Positions 28,337 through 43,749 are shown, counted from the first letter of the stretch. The stretch: 64,000 nucleotides of DNA from Eledone cirrhosa (GCA_964016885.1 OZ024763.1:16616001-16680000); one strand, 5' to 3'. Program-made: numbers and translations. The notes: a model not told the origin generated them from the sequence alone.

Positions 28337-28343
<7 letters not shown>
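27958..28343 (+). mobile_element. PLE pseudo-LTR / retrozyme-like 334-bp unit with terminal direct repeat
   Basis: acatattgtataaagctatgcytgaagcgaaatcstatttctttt at 27961 and 28295; hammerhead-like motif between them. Confidence 0.6.
28130..28182 (+). ncRNA. Hammerhead-like motif with CCGAAGA core variant
   Basis: GGGAC-TGTC-CCGAAGA-AGGCcagtcaaGCCT-GAAA-TGTA-TA-GACG-ttt-GTCCC; extended stem I with internal bulge. Confidence 0.6.
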
Positions 28344-28380
<37 letters not shown>

Positions 28381-28453
28381 GTCCCAGACTTGCAAGCAGG
28401 GAAAACCGGACGTAAAATGATGAAAAAAAAAAATATATATATATATATATATA

Positions 28454-28490
<37 letters not shown>

Positions 28491-28522
28491 AAATGTGTGA
28501 GTTCCTTGGTACAGTTAAGTTG

Positions 28523-28735
28523 AAAAAAAGGAAAAGAATGACTCCATTTGTAGTGTTAAAAAATTTGATTTAATTTTATAATTTTATAATATTATGAGTT
28601 GGTAGATCTAGTAAGTTCTTTGTTAACATCGGTGGGAAGAATTTTAAAGTACTTACTAGTTCTACCAACTCATAATATTATAAAATTAAATCAAATTTTT
28701 TAACACTACAAGTGAAGTCATTCTTTTCCTTTTTT
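28523..28735. repeat. ~210-bp imperfect fold-back
   Basis: aaaaggaaaagaatgact...tgagttggtaga mirrored by tctaccaactca...agtcattcttttcctttt. Confidence 0.85.
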
Positions 28736-28760
28736 ACAAATATATATATATATATATATA

Positions 28761-29341
<581 letters not shown>

Positions 29342-29499
29342 ATATTAACAAATGGAAACCATATTTATTTCATTATACATATTTCAAGGGACACCAAGGC
29401 AAACTATGGTGTATATTTACTCCAATAATTTGTTGAGTGCTTTATATCAGTTATAAAAATATTTTGCTTGTTGTATCCCAACAAATTAAATATAACCTC

Positions 29500-29539
<40 letters not shown>

Positions 29540-29712
29540 CAATATATCGGAGAAAGCTTTTTAGCGATACTCCGGCCAAATTCCAACTCAGTCAACAAAC
29601 ATTAGGAAATAAGTGATTATATTCACAATTATGTGTTCGGGGTGCTAACTAAAAGTATTGCGTGGAAAATTGGCTGTATTATTTCAAATGAGACATATCT
29701 AATATATCTCTT

Positions 29713-29839
29713 CCCAGACGGACGTCTCGTTTCATTATAGGATTCCTACAATTTGGGTGAAATTATACCAATTTATGTAGGAGCTTGTATACCATCAATA
29801 GATATATATTCAAGTGGGCTCCTATAATTCATCAGTGGG
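29713..29839 (-). ncRNA. Type I hammerhead ribozyme with a long branched stem II
   Basis: Reverse complement: CCCA-CTGATGA-ATTATAGGA...(~77 nt)...TCCTATAAT-GAAA-CGaGACGTCCG-TC-TGGG; perfect 9-bp stem II base, GUC triplet. Confidence 0.7.
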
Positions 29840-29852
29840 TGCCCCAATAATA

Positions 29853-29918
<66 letters not shown>

Positions 29919-30029
29919 TTCCGAATCAACAAGATCCCAGACCTCATTCATTTACCAAATGAGGTGAAGCTCATCAGATCAGACCAAGAAAACAATGTTT
30001 CCATTGGTCTTTCTAATTGCTTATACTAT

Positions 30030-30172
30030 CTACAGGTCGCAACTACTGGCAGAAGGAACAACATGAAATAAAGTGTTGTTTTCAAGGACACAAAGCATCG
30101 CCCGGCCTGAGATTTGAACTCACAACTTCACAAATGTGAATTTAAAACTCTAACCATTAAGCCACATACCTT
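30030..30172 (-). mobile_element. Older SINE fragment (tRNA head plus core)
   Basis: Diverged match to the 22457 family head (tggcttaatggttagag...gagttcaaatctcaggccggg). Confidence 0.6.
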
Positions 30173-30311
30173 CCCTAAGTAACAGCCACTTGACTATCAC
30201 TGGTATTGTACAGGCTTTAAGATGTTACATTTTCTAAATTTCAGTTGTCAGACCTTTTTATTTACTCTTTTTCTCTTTTACCTGTTCCAGCCATCCGGCT
30301 GAGGCCATGCT

Positions 30312-30686
30312 TACTGAGCTTTCCGAACTCTTTTGAGGAAATGTTACGATCTGATGGAATGCTCATGTCAATTAAGAAACGTGTTTTATCTTTACGGTTC
30401 TTCACAGTTATATCAGGTCTGTTGGCCTCCATTGTTCTCTCAGTAGTCACAGGGAAATCCCAGAGGATTGTCACATTCTCACCTCCTCTTACTGCATCTG
30501 GGTGATGTTTGTACTATTTTCCCTTCGTTTTCAGACCGTAAAACCTGCATATTACCCACTGTAAATATTACCTTACCCTATCATACCTCGTTTTATGTTC
30601 CTGGACAGCTAATACCTTGCAGCCTGAAACCAGGTGGTCAATGGTCTCAATATGCTCATCACAGAATTGACATTTTGGGTCAGTTC
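30312..30686 (-). pseudogene. R4/Dong-clade non-LTR retrotransposon C-terminal fragment (CCHC plus restriction-like endonuclease)
   Basis: Translation KCQFCDEHIETIDHLVSGC...TILWDFPVTTERTMEANRPDITV...LIDMSIP with in-frame stops. Confidence 0.8.
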
Positions 30687-31224
30687 TCTTTCTGGTCACA
30701 TTGGTTTGGCTTGAAAGTACCAACCCATGCTAGCATGGAAGATGGACATTAAACAATGATGATGATATATATATATATATAAACCTTAAAAAATCATTTT
30801 TTTTAAAAGAAAAAATACAAATGAAGGACACAGAGCTCCATGGTCATTGGCCGTTGAGATGAACTTTGGCAGTTTTGACCGCTTCCTACAGTACTGGTAT
30901 ATATGTGTTTGAGAGTGTGTGTGTGTTGAGAGTACCTTTCAATTGTGTCAAAAGCACGACAACATCTGTAGTGCTGGTGACATGATAAATTGCACCTAGT
31001 ATACTCTGTAAAATGTTTGGTACTAGGAAGGGCATCACCCAGCTGTAGAAGCCCTTCAGGACTCTTCAGCTGTGTAAAAGACTGGACCGTCCTCCCTAGT
31101 GTGGGTGCCGCAGTAAAACACATGCCACACTCTTTACACCGCAAGACCGACCGATGGCGCCAGTCAAGTACTAACTTGGTTTGTGATGACCCAGCCAACC
31201 CTTGCTAGCAATCAGAGTGGATGT

Positions 31225-33855
<2,631 letters not shown>

Positions 33856-34034
33856 GTTGTTATACTTGGGGAGGGTCATATTTGCGTAATATTGCCAGAA
33901 TTAATAACAGAACACACTCACTGTTTGGTTGGTTTTCGCTTCTCGCTGTCTTTTATATCTGCGATTTAACTTACTCGGTCCTCAATGTTGCCATTGACTG
34001 ACCGACGGTCAAAAATAATACAGATACAATATAG

Positions 34035-34559
34035 AAATTAGCTAACCAGTGTAGAAAGGCCCTGAGAAAGACCCACTTAAAAATAAAGGTGGTAGAAAAG
34101 CCAGGAACCACCATAAAATCCCTGATCAGCAAAACCTACCCTTTTAAGAAAACCCACTGTACCAATAGGAAATGTATCATATGTAAGGTGAACCCCCGGA
34201 TAAACTGTAAAACTAGAAACGTAGTCTATAGCATAAGATGTACAGAGGTTACTTGCAGAAACATGACAACAACATACATAGGTGAGACAGCTCGTAGCAT
34301 AGGTGAAAGGATAGACCAACACTGGGGGGAACTAAAAGGACGAAAGAACGGGTCAGTACTATACGAACATGCTAGACAACAACATGACGGTAACATAGAC
34401 AACATAGAAATTAGAATAATATCTAAACATAGGAATGACCCAGCAGATAGGCAAATCAGAGAGGCCAGTGAAATAGAAATTAGAAGACCAAAGCTAAACA
34501 GAAAGAATGAGTGGAACAACAACACCCAAACAAACAACACTGACCTAAGAGAAGTATAA
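34035..34559 (+). pseudogene. PLE C-terminal linker, Cys-rich motif and GIY-YIG endonuclease (RT missing)
   Basis: KIKVVEKPG...CTNRKCIIC...C..NVVYSIRC...YIGETARSIGERIDQH...LYEH...RQIREASEI...PKLN; frame is open from 34035, where the inverted repeat truncates it. Confidence 0.85.
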
Positions 34560-34842
34560 ATAAGTAAATAAAATAAAATAAAATAAGATAAATAAATACA
34601 TACACAAGCACAATAACAACAAGCACATAAACACACACTAGTCACCCAACAGACACAACACTATACACACTAGTCACACAGCACACATAACATAACACTA
34701 TACACACACGCAAACGCATGCGCAAAGAAGACAATAAAATAAACAAACAAGCAAATAAATAAATAAATATTTAGACAGACTGAATAAAAAATGGCGTAGA
34801 CATACAACACAACAGGAGGGAAAAAAAATAAATATAACACCA

Positions 34843-34890
34843 CTGACGATGTTGCAGATGTGCAATGAAAGATTTATGTAAATTATGTAA
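34843..34890 (+). ncRNA. Degenerate hammerhead core in the PLE 3' UTR
   Basis: CTGACGA-tGTTGCAgatgTGCAAT-GAAA; stems I and III pair poorly. Confidence 0.4.
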
Positions 34891-35173
34891 ACTATATATA
34901 TGTGTTTGTGTCTATATTGTATCTGTATTATTTTTGACCGTCGGTCAGTCAATGGCAACATTGAGGACCGAGTAAGTTAGATCGCAGATATAAAAGACAG
35001 GGAGAAGCGAAAACCAACCAAACAGTGAGTGTGTTCTGTTATTAATTCTGGCAATATTACGCAAATATGACCCTCCCCAAGTATAACAATATCTGTTTCG
35101 ACACACGATTTCATATAAAAAACCTCGCTAAACTATATATATATGTATGTATATATATGTGTGTATATGTATG

Positions 35174-35231
<58 letters not shown>

Positions 35232-35355
35232 GGAGGTGAGTTTTATTGTAGTACAATAAAGCAATGCAGATATCGGATAAGAAGCACTCTACAGTTTGTA
35301 GGACTGGAGTATACATAATATATAAGATCAAAAGATGGTTAAAAGAGTTCCATGT

Positions 35356-35424
35356 ATTTTATTATGCGCATTTCAAAAACAAACACCATCACGCAATAAC
35401 ATTTGTGTTTTCATCAGATAAAAT
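35356..35424 (-). ncRNA. Type I hammerhead ribozyme (family A, left arm)
   Basis: Reverse complement of attttat-tatgcgcatttc...tcatcag-ataaaat. Confidence 0.75.
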
Positions 35425-35544
35425 AGGAAGACATGATATGAAGGTTAAAAAACACTTGTGGATAGTGCAGTTTTAAATCAACATATGTTGATTTAAAACT
35501 GCACTATCCACAAGTGTTTTTTAACCTTCATATCATGTTCTCCT

Positions 35545-35613
35545 GTTTTATCTGATGAAAACACAAATGTTATTGCATGATGGTATTTGTTTTTGAAATG
35601 CGCATAATAAAAT
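35545..35613 (+). ncRNA. Type I hammerhead ribozyme (family A, right arm)
   Basis: GTTTTAT-CTGATGA-stem II-GAAA-TGCGCA-TA-ATAAAAT. Confidence 0.8.
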
Positions 35614-35993
35614 ACATGGAACTCTTTTAACCATCTTTTGATCTTATATATTATATACATATATATATATACTGTAAAGTGAACATGTACAAGACACCGC
35701 AAAAAGCACCTAGCCCACACTGTCAATGTGGTTGGCATTAGGAAGGGCAGCCTGCTGTAGAAAACCTGCCAGAACAGTCCTATGCGAGCGAGATACGGTT
35801 CCCTGGCCAAACTTGCCTCGAATGGGTCAAACCTGTTTAAGCCATGTTAGCATGGAAGATGGACATTAAACGATGAGGATGATGATGATGATATACAGTC
35901 ATTATGTGGGAGGTATGCGCTTCGAAACCTCATAGCGACCAATGGTAACTTCTTTTTCCATCTTTAAGAGTCTTCACTCTATTTTATAGAATA

Positions 35994-36075
35994 CTAGCAG
36001 AACGGCCCGGCGTTGCTCGGGATTTGCTCTAGGGTTCTTATATATTTGATATATATTTATCCTTATAGATCCTCG
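35994..36075 (-). mobile_element. Helitron 3' terminus (non-autonomous)
   Basis: Minus strand ...CCCGagcaacgcCGGG-ccgttctg-CTAG|T; related internal and 5' pieces at 37528-37623 (TC start), ~38290 and ~38630. Confidence 0.7.
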
Positions 36076-36139
36076 TGAAATAAATATGTTTGTTTATATT
36101 TTATTATTGCGTATGCAAAAATATCTCTACTCGAATATA

Positions 36140-36183
<44 letters not shown>

Positions 36184-36336
36184 TAATAGATTAAAGTTTA
36201 AGCAAAGAATCGCTGCTTGCACCCTTAACGGGATCTTCTGAAACTAAAAAAAATCAATCTGTAAACGCAGAAGTAAATATTTTGAAAAACGTTACACACT
36301 ATATATATATATATATACACACACTATATATACACA

Positions 36337-37225
36337 GTAGCTAGAGTCAGAACGGGATGGAAAAGGTTCAGAGAGCTTATACCCCTATTGGCCGCTAAAG
36401 GGTTCTCTCTAAAAATGAAAGGCAGGCTGTATGATGCCTGCATACGAACAGCAATGTTGCATGGCAGTGAGACCTGGGCATTGTGTGCAGAGGATATACG
36501 CAGACTAGAGAGGAACGAAGCTTGCATGCTCCGCTGGATGTGTAATAGTAATATACATGAACGGTAAAGCATAAACGAACTAAGGGAGAAATTAGAAATA
36601 AGAGGGATCAGATGTTGTTTACTCGAGAGAAGACTACGTTGGTATGGTCACGTGATGCGCGTGAAAGACGACAGCTGTATAAAAAGGTGCAGGGCAATAA
36701 AAATAGACGGTAGCCATGGAGTAGGCAGACCCAGAAAAACCTGGGACGAGCTGATAAATTCCGACCTCACACACTTACACCTCTCCAAGACAATGTCACT
36801 GGACCGAGATCTTTGGCGGTACTCAGTAATAGAGAAGACCCGCCTTGCCTAAGTACAAAACGAAACCTACAGTCAGTAGGCACCTTTAACAAAAATACAC
36901 CCCCGTCCCACTACCCCCACCCCATCCACACCACCCCCTTAAATGTGAAGTTATGTTGGTACCACAACATCCAGCCCGAAACAAATGAGGTTGTGTAGGT
37001 GTGACGACAAAAAACACAGTCCACGCTGTAATGTAGCCGTGTAGGCAACACGGTAAAAACCTCCCAGTCCCACATTGTAAATGTGGTTGGTGTTAGGAAG
37101 GGCATCCAGCTGTAGAAAACCCGCCAGACAGTCCTATGCGAGCAATGACAACCACTCTTGCCTCAAGTGGGAAAACTCCCGTCCAAACCCATGCAAGTGT
37201 GGAACATAGATGTTAAACGATGATG
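36337..37225 (+). mobile_element. RTE-clade LINE 3' fragment with 3' UTR and (GAT)n tail
   Basis: ARVRTGWKRFREL...LYDACIRTAMLHGSETW...RRLRWYGHVMR...GRPRKTW...DRDLWR; one in-frame stop; ORF ends 36852. Confidence 0.9.
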
Positions 37226-37311
37226 ATATGTATATATATATATATTTATATATATATGTATATATATATATTATATATATATATATATATAATTATATAT
37301 ATATATATATA

Positions 37312-37367
<56 letters not shown>

Positions 37368-37801
37368 TATATATATATATAATTATATATATTTATATAT
37401 ATATATATTTATATATATATAATTATATATATATATATATGTATATATAATTATATATATATATATATATATTTATGTATATATTTATATATATAAATAT
37501 ATATATTAATATATATTTTAATAAATATTTGCTCTTCGGTTCTTATATATTTGATATATATTTTCCTTATCGAGCCCTCTCTGGATTTTAGTCTTCAATT
37601 TTATTATTATTACTATATATAGATATATATATATATATTTATATATATATTTATGTATATATTTATATATATATATATATTTATATATATAAATATATTT
37701 ATATATATAAATATATTTATATATATAAATATATATAAATATATTTATATATATAAATATATATATATTTATATATAAATATATATAAATATATATATAT
37801 T

Positions 37802-37851
<50 letters not shown>

Positions 37852-37885
37852 CTCTTTTACCTGTTTCAGCCATCCGGCTGAGGCC

Positions 37886-37937
<52 letters not shown>

Positions 37938-37970
37938 ATTTTTATATATATATATATATATATATGTTTA

Positions 37971-38040
<70 letters not shown>

Positions 38041-38046
38041 TATATT

Positions 38047-38077
<31 letters not shown>

Positions 38078-38369
38078 GTTTATATTTATATATATTTATA
38101 TATATATATGTTTTTATATATATATATATATATGTTTATATTTATATATATTTATATATATATATGTTTATATATATATATATATATGTTTATATTTATA
38201 TATATATATATATTTATATATATATGTTTATATATATGTTTATATATATATATATGTTTATATTTATATATATATATATATTTATATATATATTTATCCT
38301 TATCGAGCCCTCTTTGGATTTTAGTCTTCAAATTTATTATTATTACTATATATATATATATATATATTT

Positions 38370-38607
38370 AGGAGGTGAGTTTTATTGTAGTACAATAAAG
38401 CAATGCAGATATCAGATAAGTAGCACTCTACAGTTTGTAGGACTGGAGTATAAATAATATATAAGATCAAAACATGGTTAAAAGAGTTCCATGTATTTTT
38501 TTATCTGACGAAAACGCAAATGTTATTGCATGATGATACTTGTTTTTGAAATGCGCATAATAAAATACATGGAGCTCTTTTAACCATCTTTTGATCTTAT
38601 ATATTAT
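38370..38607. mobile_element. Family A fold-back element, third copy with central deletion
   Basis: Same tail and arms as 35229; left hammerhead and centre deleted. Confidence 0.75.
38498..38566 (+). ncRNA. Type I hammerhead ribozyme (family A, CUGACGA)
   Basis: TTTTAT-CTGACGA-aaacgcaaatg...tgttttt-GAAA-TGCGCA-TA-ATAAAA; the change falls at the variable N7 position. Confidence 0.75.
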
Positions 38608-38698
38608 ATATATATATATTTATATATATATTTATCCTCATCGAGCCCTCTTTGGATTTTAGTCTTCAAATTTATTATTATTACTATATATATATAAT

Positions 38699-39023
38699 GG
38701 AGGCACATGGCTTAGTGGCTTGCAATCGAAAGTTCGTGAGTTCAAATCTCAGACCGAGTGATGTGTTGTTTCCTTGAGCAAGACACTTTATTTTACATTG
38801 CTCCAGTTTACTCAGCTGTAGAAATGAGATGATAGGGACCTCAGTCCCTATCATTCCACTGCAAAGTGATCGTGGAGGTGCCATGGCAAAAAAGCACCCA
38901 ACACTCACTGTAAATTTGGTTGGTGTTAGGAAGGGCTTCCAGCTGTAGGAATCCAGCCAGAATCAGTTCCCGTCCCACCCTTGCAAGCAGGGAAAAGCGG
39001 ACGTAAAATGATGATGATGATGA
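38699..39023 (+). mobile_element. CORE-like SINE
   Basis: ggaggcacatggcttagtgg...gagttcaaatc...cccttgcaagcagggaaaagcggacgtaaaatgatgatgat. Confidence 0.8.
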
Positions 39024-39644
39024 TATATATAAATGCACACACACACATGTATATGGCATTTTTTAAGTTTTTTTAACTATATGAAGTATCAGAAAATAGA
39101 AATTCTCATCAATCGAACATAAATAAATGAATAAATAAATGATTATTTATTATCTTTTATTTGTTTTAGGTTAGGATCTGAATCCTTCTCACAACTGAAC
39201 AAGCCCATAGCCTGGATTACAACACACCCTTCAGTTGTGAAATAATCTGTCAAGTGCAAGAAACTCAATTGTGGAATCAACGTCTGTATTTTTCTGGTGA
39301 GTCCAATCTTTATTCTTGATTCTCTTGCAATTGTTACATGAGCTGTTTGTCTTCTATGTTCACACATTTATTAAATATGTATATATATATAAACAATGAG
39401 TTATTTGTTTTGTTAATTATTCAACAAAGTTAATTTATAACAGATTAGAAGCACTCAGCAAGCAGAGTTTCCACAGAGTTTTCAAACTCTGCTTTGAAAG
39501 ATCGAGACGTATCTGAGGATCTTGCGATTTCAGAGTCAGGTTCGATCATCACATCGATCGTGCCTCGAGCTGGTCGCCAGAGAAACGATGGTAATATGTC
39601 TAATAAATGTTAATTTGTCGCATCACTGATTCTTCGTTTCATAT

Positions 39645-39704
<60 letters not shown>

Positions 39705-39878
39705 GGTTTGAGGTTCACCACTGTATAGAGCTGGTCTATTCCGTATGGTCAATCGTAATGCAATAATATAGAGCGTACTCAACGTAAGGCAGTTCAACCG
39801 TCTTTGTTTTTGTAGTTGGTGGTGCTATTACGGAGTTAAATATTATAATGAAATGACAGGAGGCTCCTGTCATTTCAT

Positions 39879-39932
<54 letters not shown>

Positions 39933-40556
39933 CTAATTTTTGCTAGACCGGCAACCACTCTGTTTAATCAGCTCTTAAACATTACTGGAATTCTATAAGA
40001 ATCCAGCTTCTATAATTCTCGGCAGAAGCAAAGGGCTAAGTAGTCTTGATAACCGCTAATGAGCAAGAAACAGGACTGTCGATTACTCCCCTATGTTGTT
40101 GCCGAGAATAAGTAAGTGACTTCGTCACTACTTTAAAATTCATAACTAGTTTAATAGTTTACAATTGTTTCAGTCACACCATGGATCATTACGCAGTTAG
40201 TTAACAGGATAAATTTATTTATAACATATGGAAAGAAAAATATAGTGAAAGAGAATATGGTGTTCCATTAAAAATGTCTCTCATATCTCCCTACTTTTAC
40301 TATATAAACGCATTGAACTCTGTGGAAAACTATTCGGCAGTTATATAGATTCCCTATATAGATTTCTACATACAAATTTAGTTATATATTCTTATCCTTG
40401 CTCTCTCTCTGTATATATATATATATATAGAGAGAGAGAGACACACTCACACATATCTATACGTATATATCATATATGTATATATTATATATATATATAA
40501 ATGCATATTTATATATATGTTTGTAAAATCCAAATTCAATAAACAGACCAGGATTT

Positions 40557-40616
40557 TTTCATTCTGAGGATTGAAAGCAAAATCTTTTGCTTTTAAGAAA
40601 CCAGTGGTAAATGGAA
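40557..40616 (+). ncRNA. Type I hammerhead ribozyme, fully paired
   Basis: TTTCATT-CTGAGGA-TTGAAAGCAAA atct TTTGCTTTTAA-GAAA-CCagtGG-TA-AATGGAA; 7-bp stem I, 11-bp stem II, GUA triplet. Confidence 0.85.
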
Positions 40617-40757
40617 TAATTGCCTTATGTTGTTTATTACATAACTATATGTATATATATATGCATATATATATATGCATATATATATGTGTATATTATA
40701 TATGTGTATATATATATATGCATATATATATGCATATATTATATATGTATATATATG

Positions 40758-41040
40758 CATCATCATCATCATCATCACCGTTTTACGTCCGTTCTTCCAC
40801 GCTAGCATGGGTTAGACGGGTTGTCCTGTTGTGGGCAGTGTCTGGTCGGCTGACCATGCCTTGCTCATACAGGAACTGATCTGGCTTGATTTCTACAGCT
40901 GGATGCCCTTCCTAACACCAACCTCATTTACAGTGAGTGCTGGGTGCTTTTTCGTGGCGCCTACACGTCCACTTTACAGTGTGGGCTGGGTGCTTTTTTG
41001 CCGTGGCACCTCCACGACCACCTTGCGGTGGGGGGAGTGG
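40758..41040 (-). mobile_element. SINE/RTE-tail fragment
   Basis: (CAT)n plus gatttctacagctggatgcccttcctaacaccaacc shared with the SINE family. Confidence 0.65.
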
Positions 41041-41872
41041 GGGCATATTGTTTATATGCTTCAGCATGTACCCATGGGAGATCGGGTACCCTGTATTACT
41101 GCGTGACGCCAGAAGTCACGGTCGTGTGTCATTGACTTTGAGAGGTGTAGTTGGGTAAGGTCGGCTTTTATCACCTATATATATATACCTATTTATCACC
41201 TATATATATATATATACCTATTTATCACCTATATATATATACATATATATACATATATGTATATATATATGTATATATATGTAGAAGGTGAATAATATTG
41301 TAGAACAATAAAACTATGCATATATCAGATAAGTAGCACTCAACAGTGGGATGATTTTGTATTCAAAATGCGCATAATAAAATATATGGAACTCTTTTAA
41401 CCATCTTTTAATTTCTTCTTTATTATATGTATAAAAACCCCCACCACACCACAGACATGGTAAATCCCTATATATAGAACAACACACCACATACACATCA
41501 GTTTGACAAGCGCACCTCAGCGTGAAAGGTCTTTCTAAAACAATACCTCCTACGTTAACCAAGAACTCCTAAGACCTAACCAACAACCAACAACTTAATT
41601 TATAAAAAAATTTTTTTTAATAAAAATTTTTTCTAATCCGGAAAAAAATTCTTTTTGGATTTTGTGAAGAAAATAAATTTGTTGAAAGCACAAGTGAAGC
41701 CATTTTTTCTTCCCCCCTGTCTTAATATACCTAACTGTACCAAGGATTACACACATTTTCCAATATATATATATATATATATGTGTATGTATATATGTAT
41801 ATATATATATGCACACAAGCATACATATATATACAACCATAGAATTACTCCCAACTTGCTATATATATATAT

Positions 41873-42067
41873 ATAGGAACCAGTAAGACCCCGACAGCTG
41901 AGCTCAAGCCGTTTCGACGGCTAATTCTGGAGTCCAGAATTAGCCGTCGAAACGGCTTGAGCTCAGCTGTCGGGGTCTTACTGGTTCCTATTACCCAGTC
42001 TACTACCTCAAGTATTGAGTACTTTGGTGCGTTATGGTCCACCTGGTTCCTTACCACATTTCCTTCG

Positions 42068-42069
<2 letters not shown>
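41873..42069. mobile_element. Family B fold-back element (59-bp perfect arms, hammerhead 3' half)
   Basis: Perfect palindrome 41873-41991 centred at 41932 plus tail; GAAAC-ggcttgagctcagct-GTC-ggggtc; relatives at 44160-44302, 46445-46641 and ~58485-58630. Confidence 0.75.
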
Positions 42070-42140
<71 letters not shown>

Positions 42141-42526
42141 GGAATACTGTTGACTTTTTGCTACAATGTTTTCTATACCTTTCATTTATATATATATATA
42201 CATACATACACACACATATGTACATAACGGAACATACTTTTTTCCAATAGATGTTTTTTTAAGTAATATATAAGAAACAAACCTACACCTAGAGTTTCTT
42301 GAAGAGGAATTGTGAGTGCAAAACTTTAAGCTGAATGTGTTTATGTACTTCCAAATAGAAATATAGAGAGGAGAATCTTTAGCGTAGAAGAACAGTGTCT
42401 TTAACACAAAACATATAAAACAAATTAAGATGACAGATAGAACTTCTATCAGCCATCTTAATTTACTTTATAAATATATAAATGTGTGTGTGTGTAGGTG
42501 TGTATATATATGTGTATATATATATA

Positions 42527-42576
<50 letters not shown>

Positions 42577-42659
42577 TACACACACACATATATATACATG
42601 CACACGTACATATATAGATATACATCATCATCATTTCATTTTATGTCTGCTTAATACAT

Positions 42660-42951
<292 letters not shown>

Positions 42952-42957
42952 TACATA

Positions 42958-43020
<63 letters not shown>

Positions 43021-43024
<4 letters not shown>

Positions 43025-43749
43025 GGTGGTGGAACAGTAAGCTGGAGATGTCAATTAAGGCCAAAAAGCAGGCTTGGAAAGTATGGTGGGATGGGGGAAG
43101 TAGAGAAGACTATCATGTGGCCAGGAGGGAAGCTAGGAGAAAAGTGTACTTCGCAAGAAGGGAAGCAGAGGAAAGAAAGTTCAAGCATGTTCTACAACGC
43201 GAGGACCAAAAACGTGAGGTGTTCAGGATTTCTAGGCAATGTGTCAAGGAAAACCGTGATATTGTCGGGGAGAAGTGTGTACTTAATGATGATGGTGTAC
43301 TTGCCATCACTGACGTTGATAAGAAGGTAGCTTGGAAGTGTCACTACGAAAGGCTACTAAATGAGGAGAATAAATGGGGGAAAGACAGTCTCCCCCCACA
43401 TCGACCCAATAGAGGGACCAGCAGTGTTAGTCGAAGGTAGTATAATAAGTAAGGCAATCAAAGATATGAAGACCGGTAAGGCGGCTGGGCCTTCGGAAAT
43501 AGTTGCTGAAATATATGTATATGGAGGATGACGGATGGGTGAAGCAGTGCCAGGAAATGCCAGTTGAAGGAAGACGTGGTAGAGGTAGACCACCAAAAAC
43601 ATGGGCAGAGGTGGTGAGAGCAGACCTCAGATCGCTGAAGCTCACGGTGGAGATGACGAAGGACCGTGACAAGTGGAGAGATGCTGTGCTGAATAGGACC
43701 CGTCCCACCCTTGCAAGCAGGGAAAAGCAGACATAAAATGATGATGATC
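43021..43749 (+). mobile_element. Internally deleted RTE LINE
   Basis: TWWWN...[13 protein letters not shown]...(frameshift) AIKDMKTGKAAGPS joined directly to C-terminal GRRGRGRPPKTW...DRDKWR; (GAT)n tail. Confidence 0.85.

Larger units (their letters stand above)
33857..35130 (+). mobile_element. 5'-truncated Penelope-like element with inverted pseudo-LTR
   Basis: 179-bp inverted repeats 33857-34035 and 34911-35089 bracket a GIY-YIG ORF and 3' UTR. Confidence 0.85.
35229..35655. mobile_element. Family A fold-back element, second copy
   Basis: Palindrome centred on caacatatgttg (~35485) plus a unique tail at 35229-35315. Confidence 0.8.

Noticed and set aside
29941-29985. Minus-strand CTGATGA plus hairpin
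   Set aside because: No GAAA or stem III downstream
40058-40090. CTAATGA-gcaa-GAAAC...GTC (and TTGACAA...GAAA near 41503)
   Set aside because: Core mutations plus a missing or weak stem; too degenerate to call
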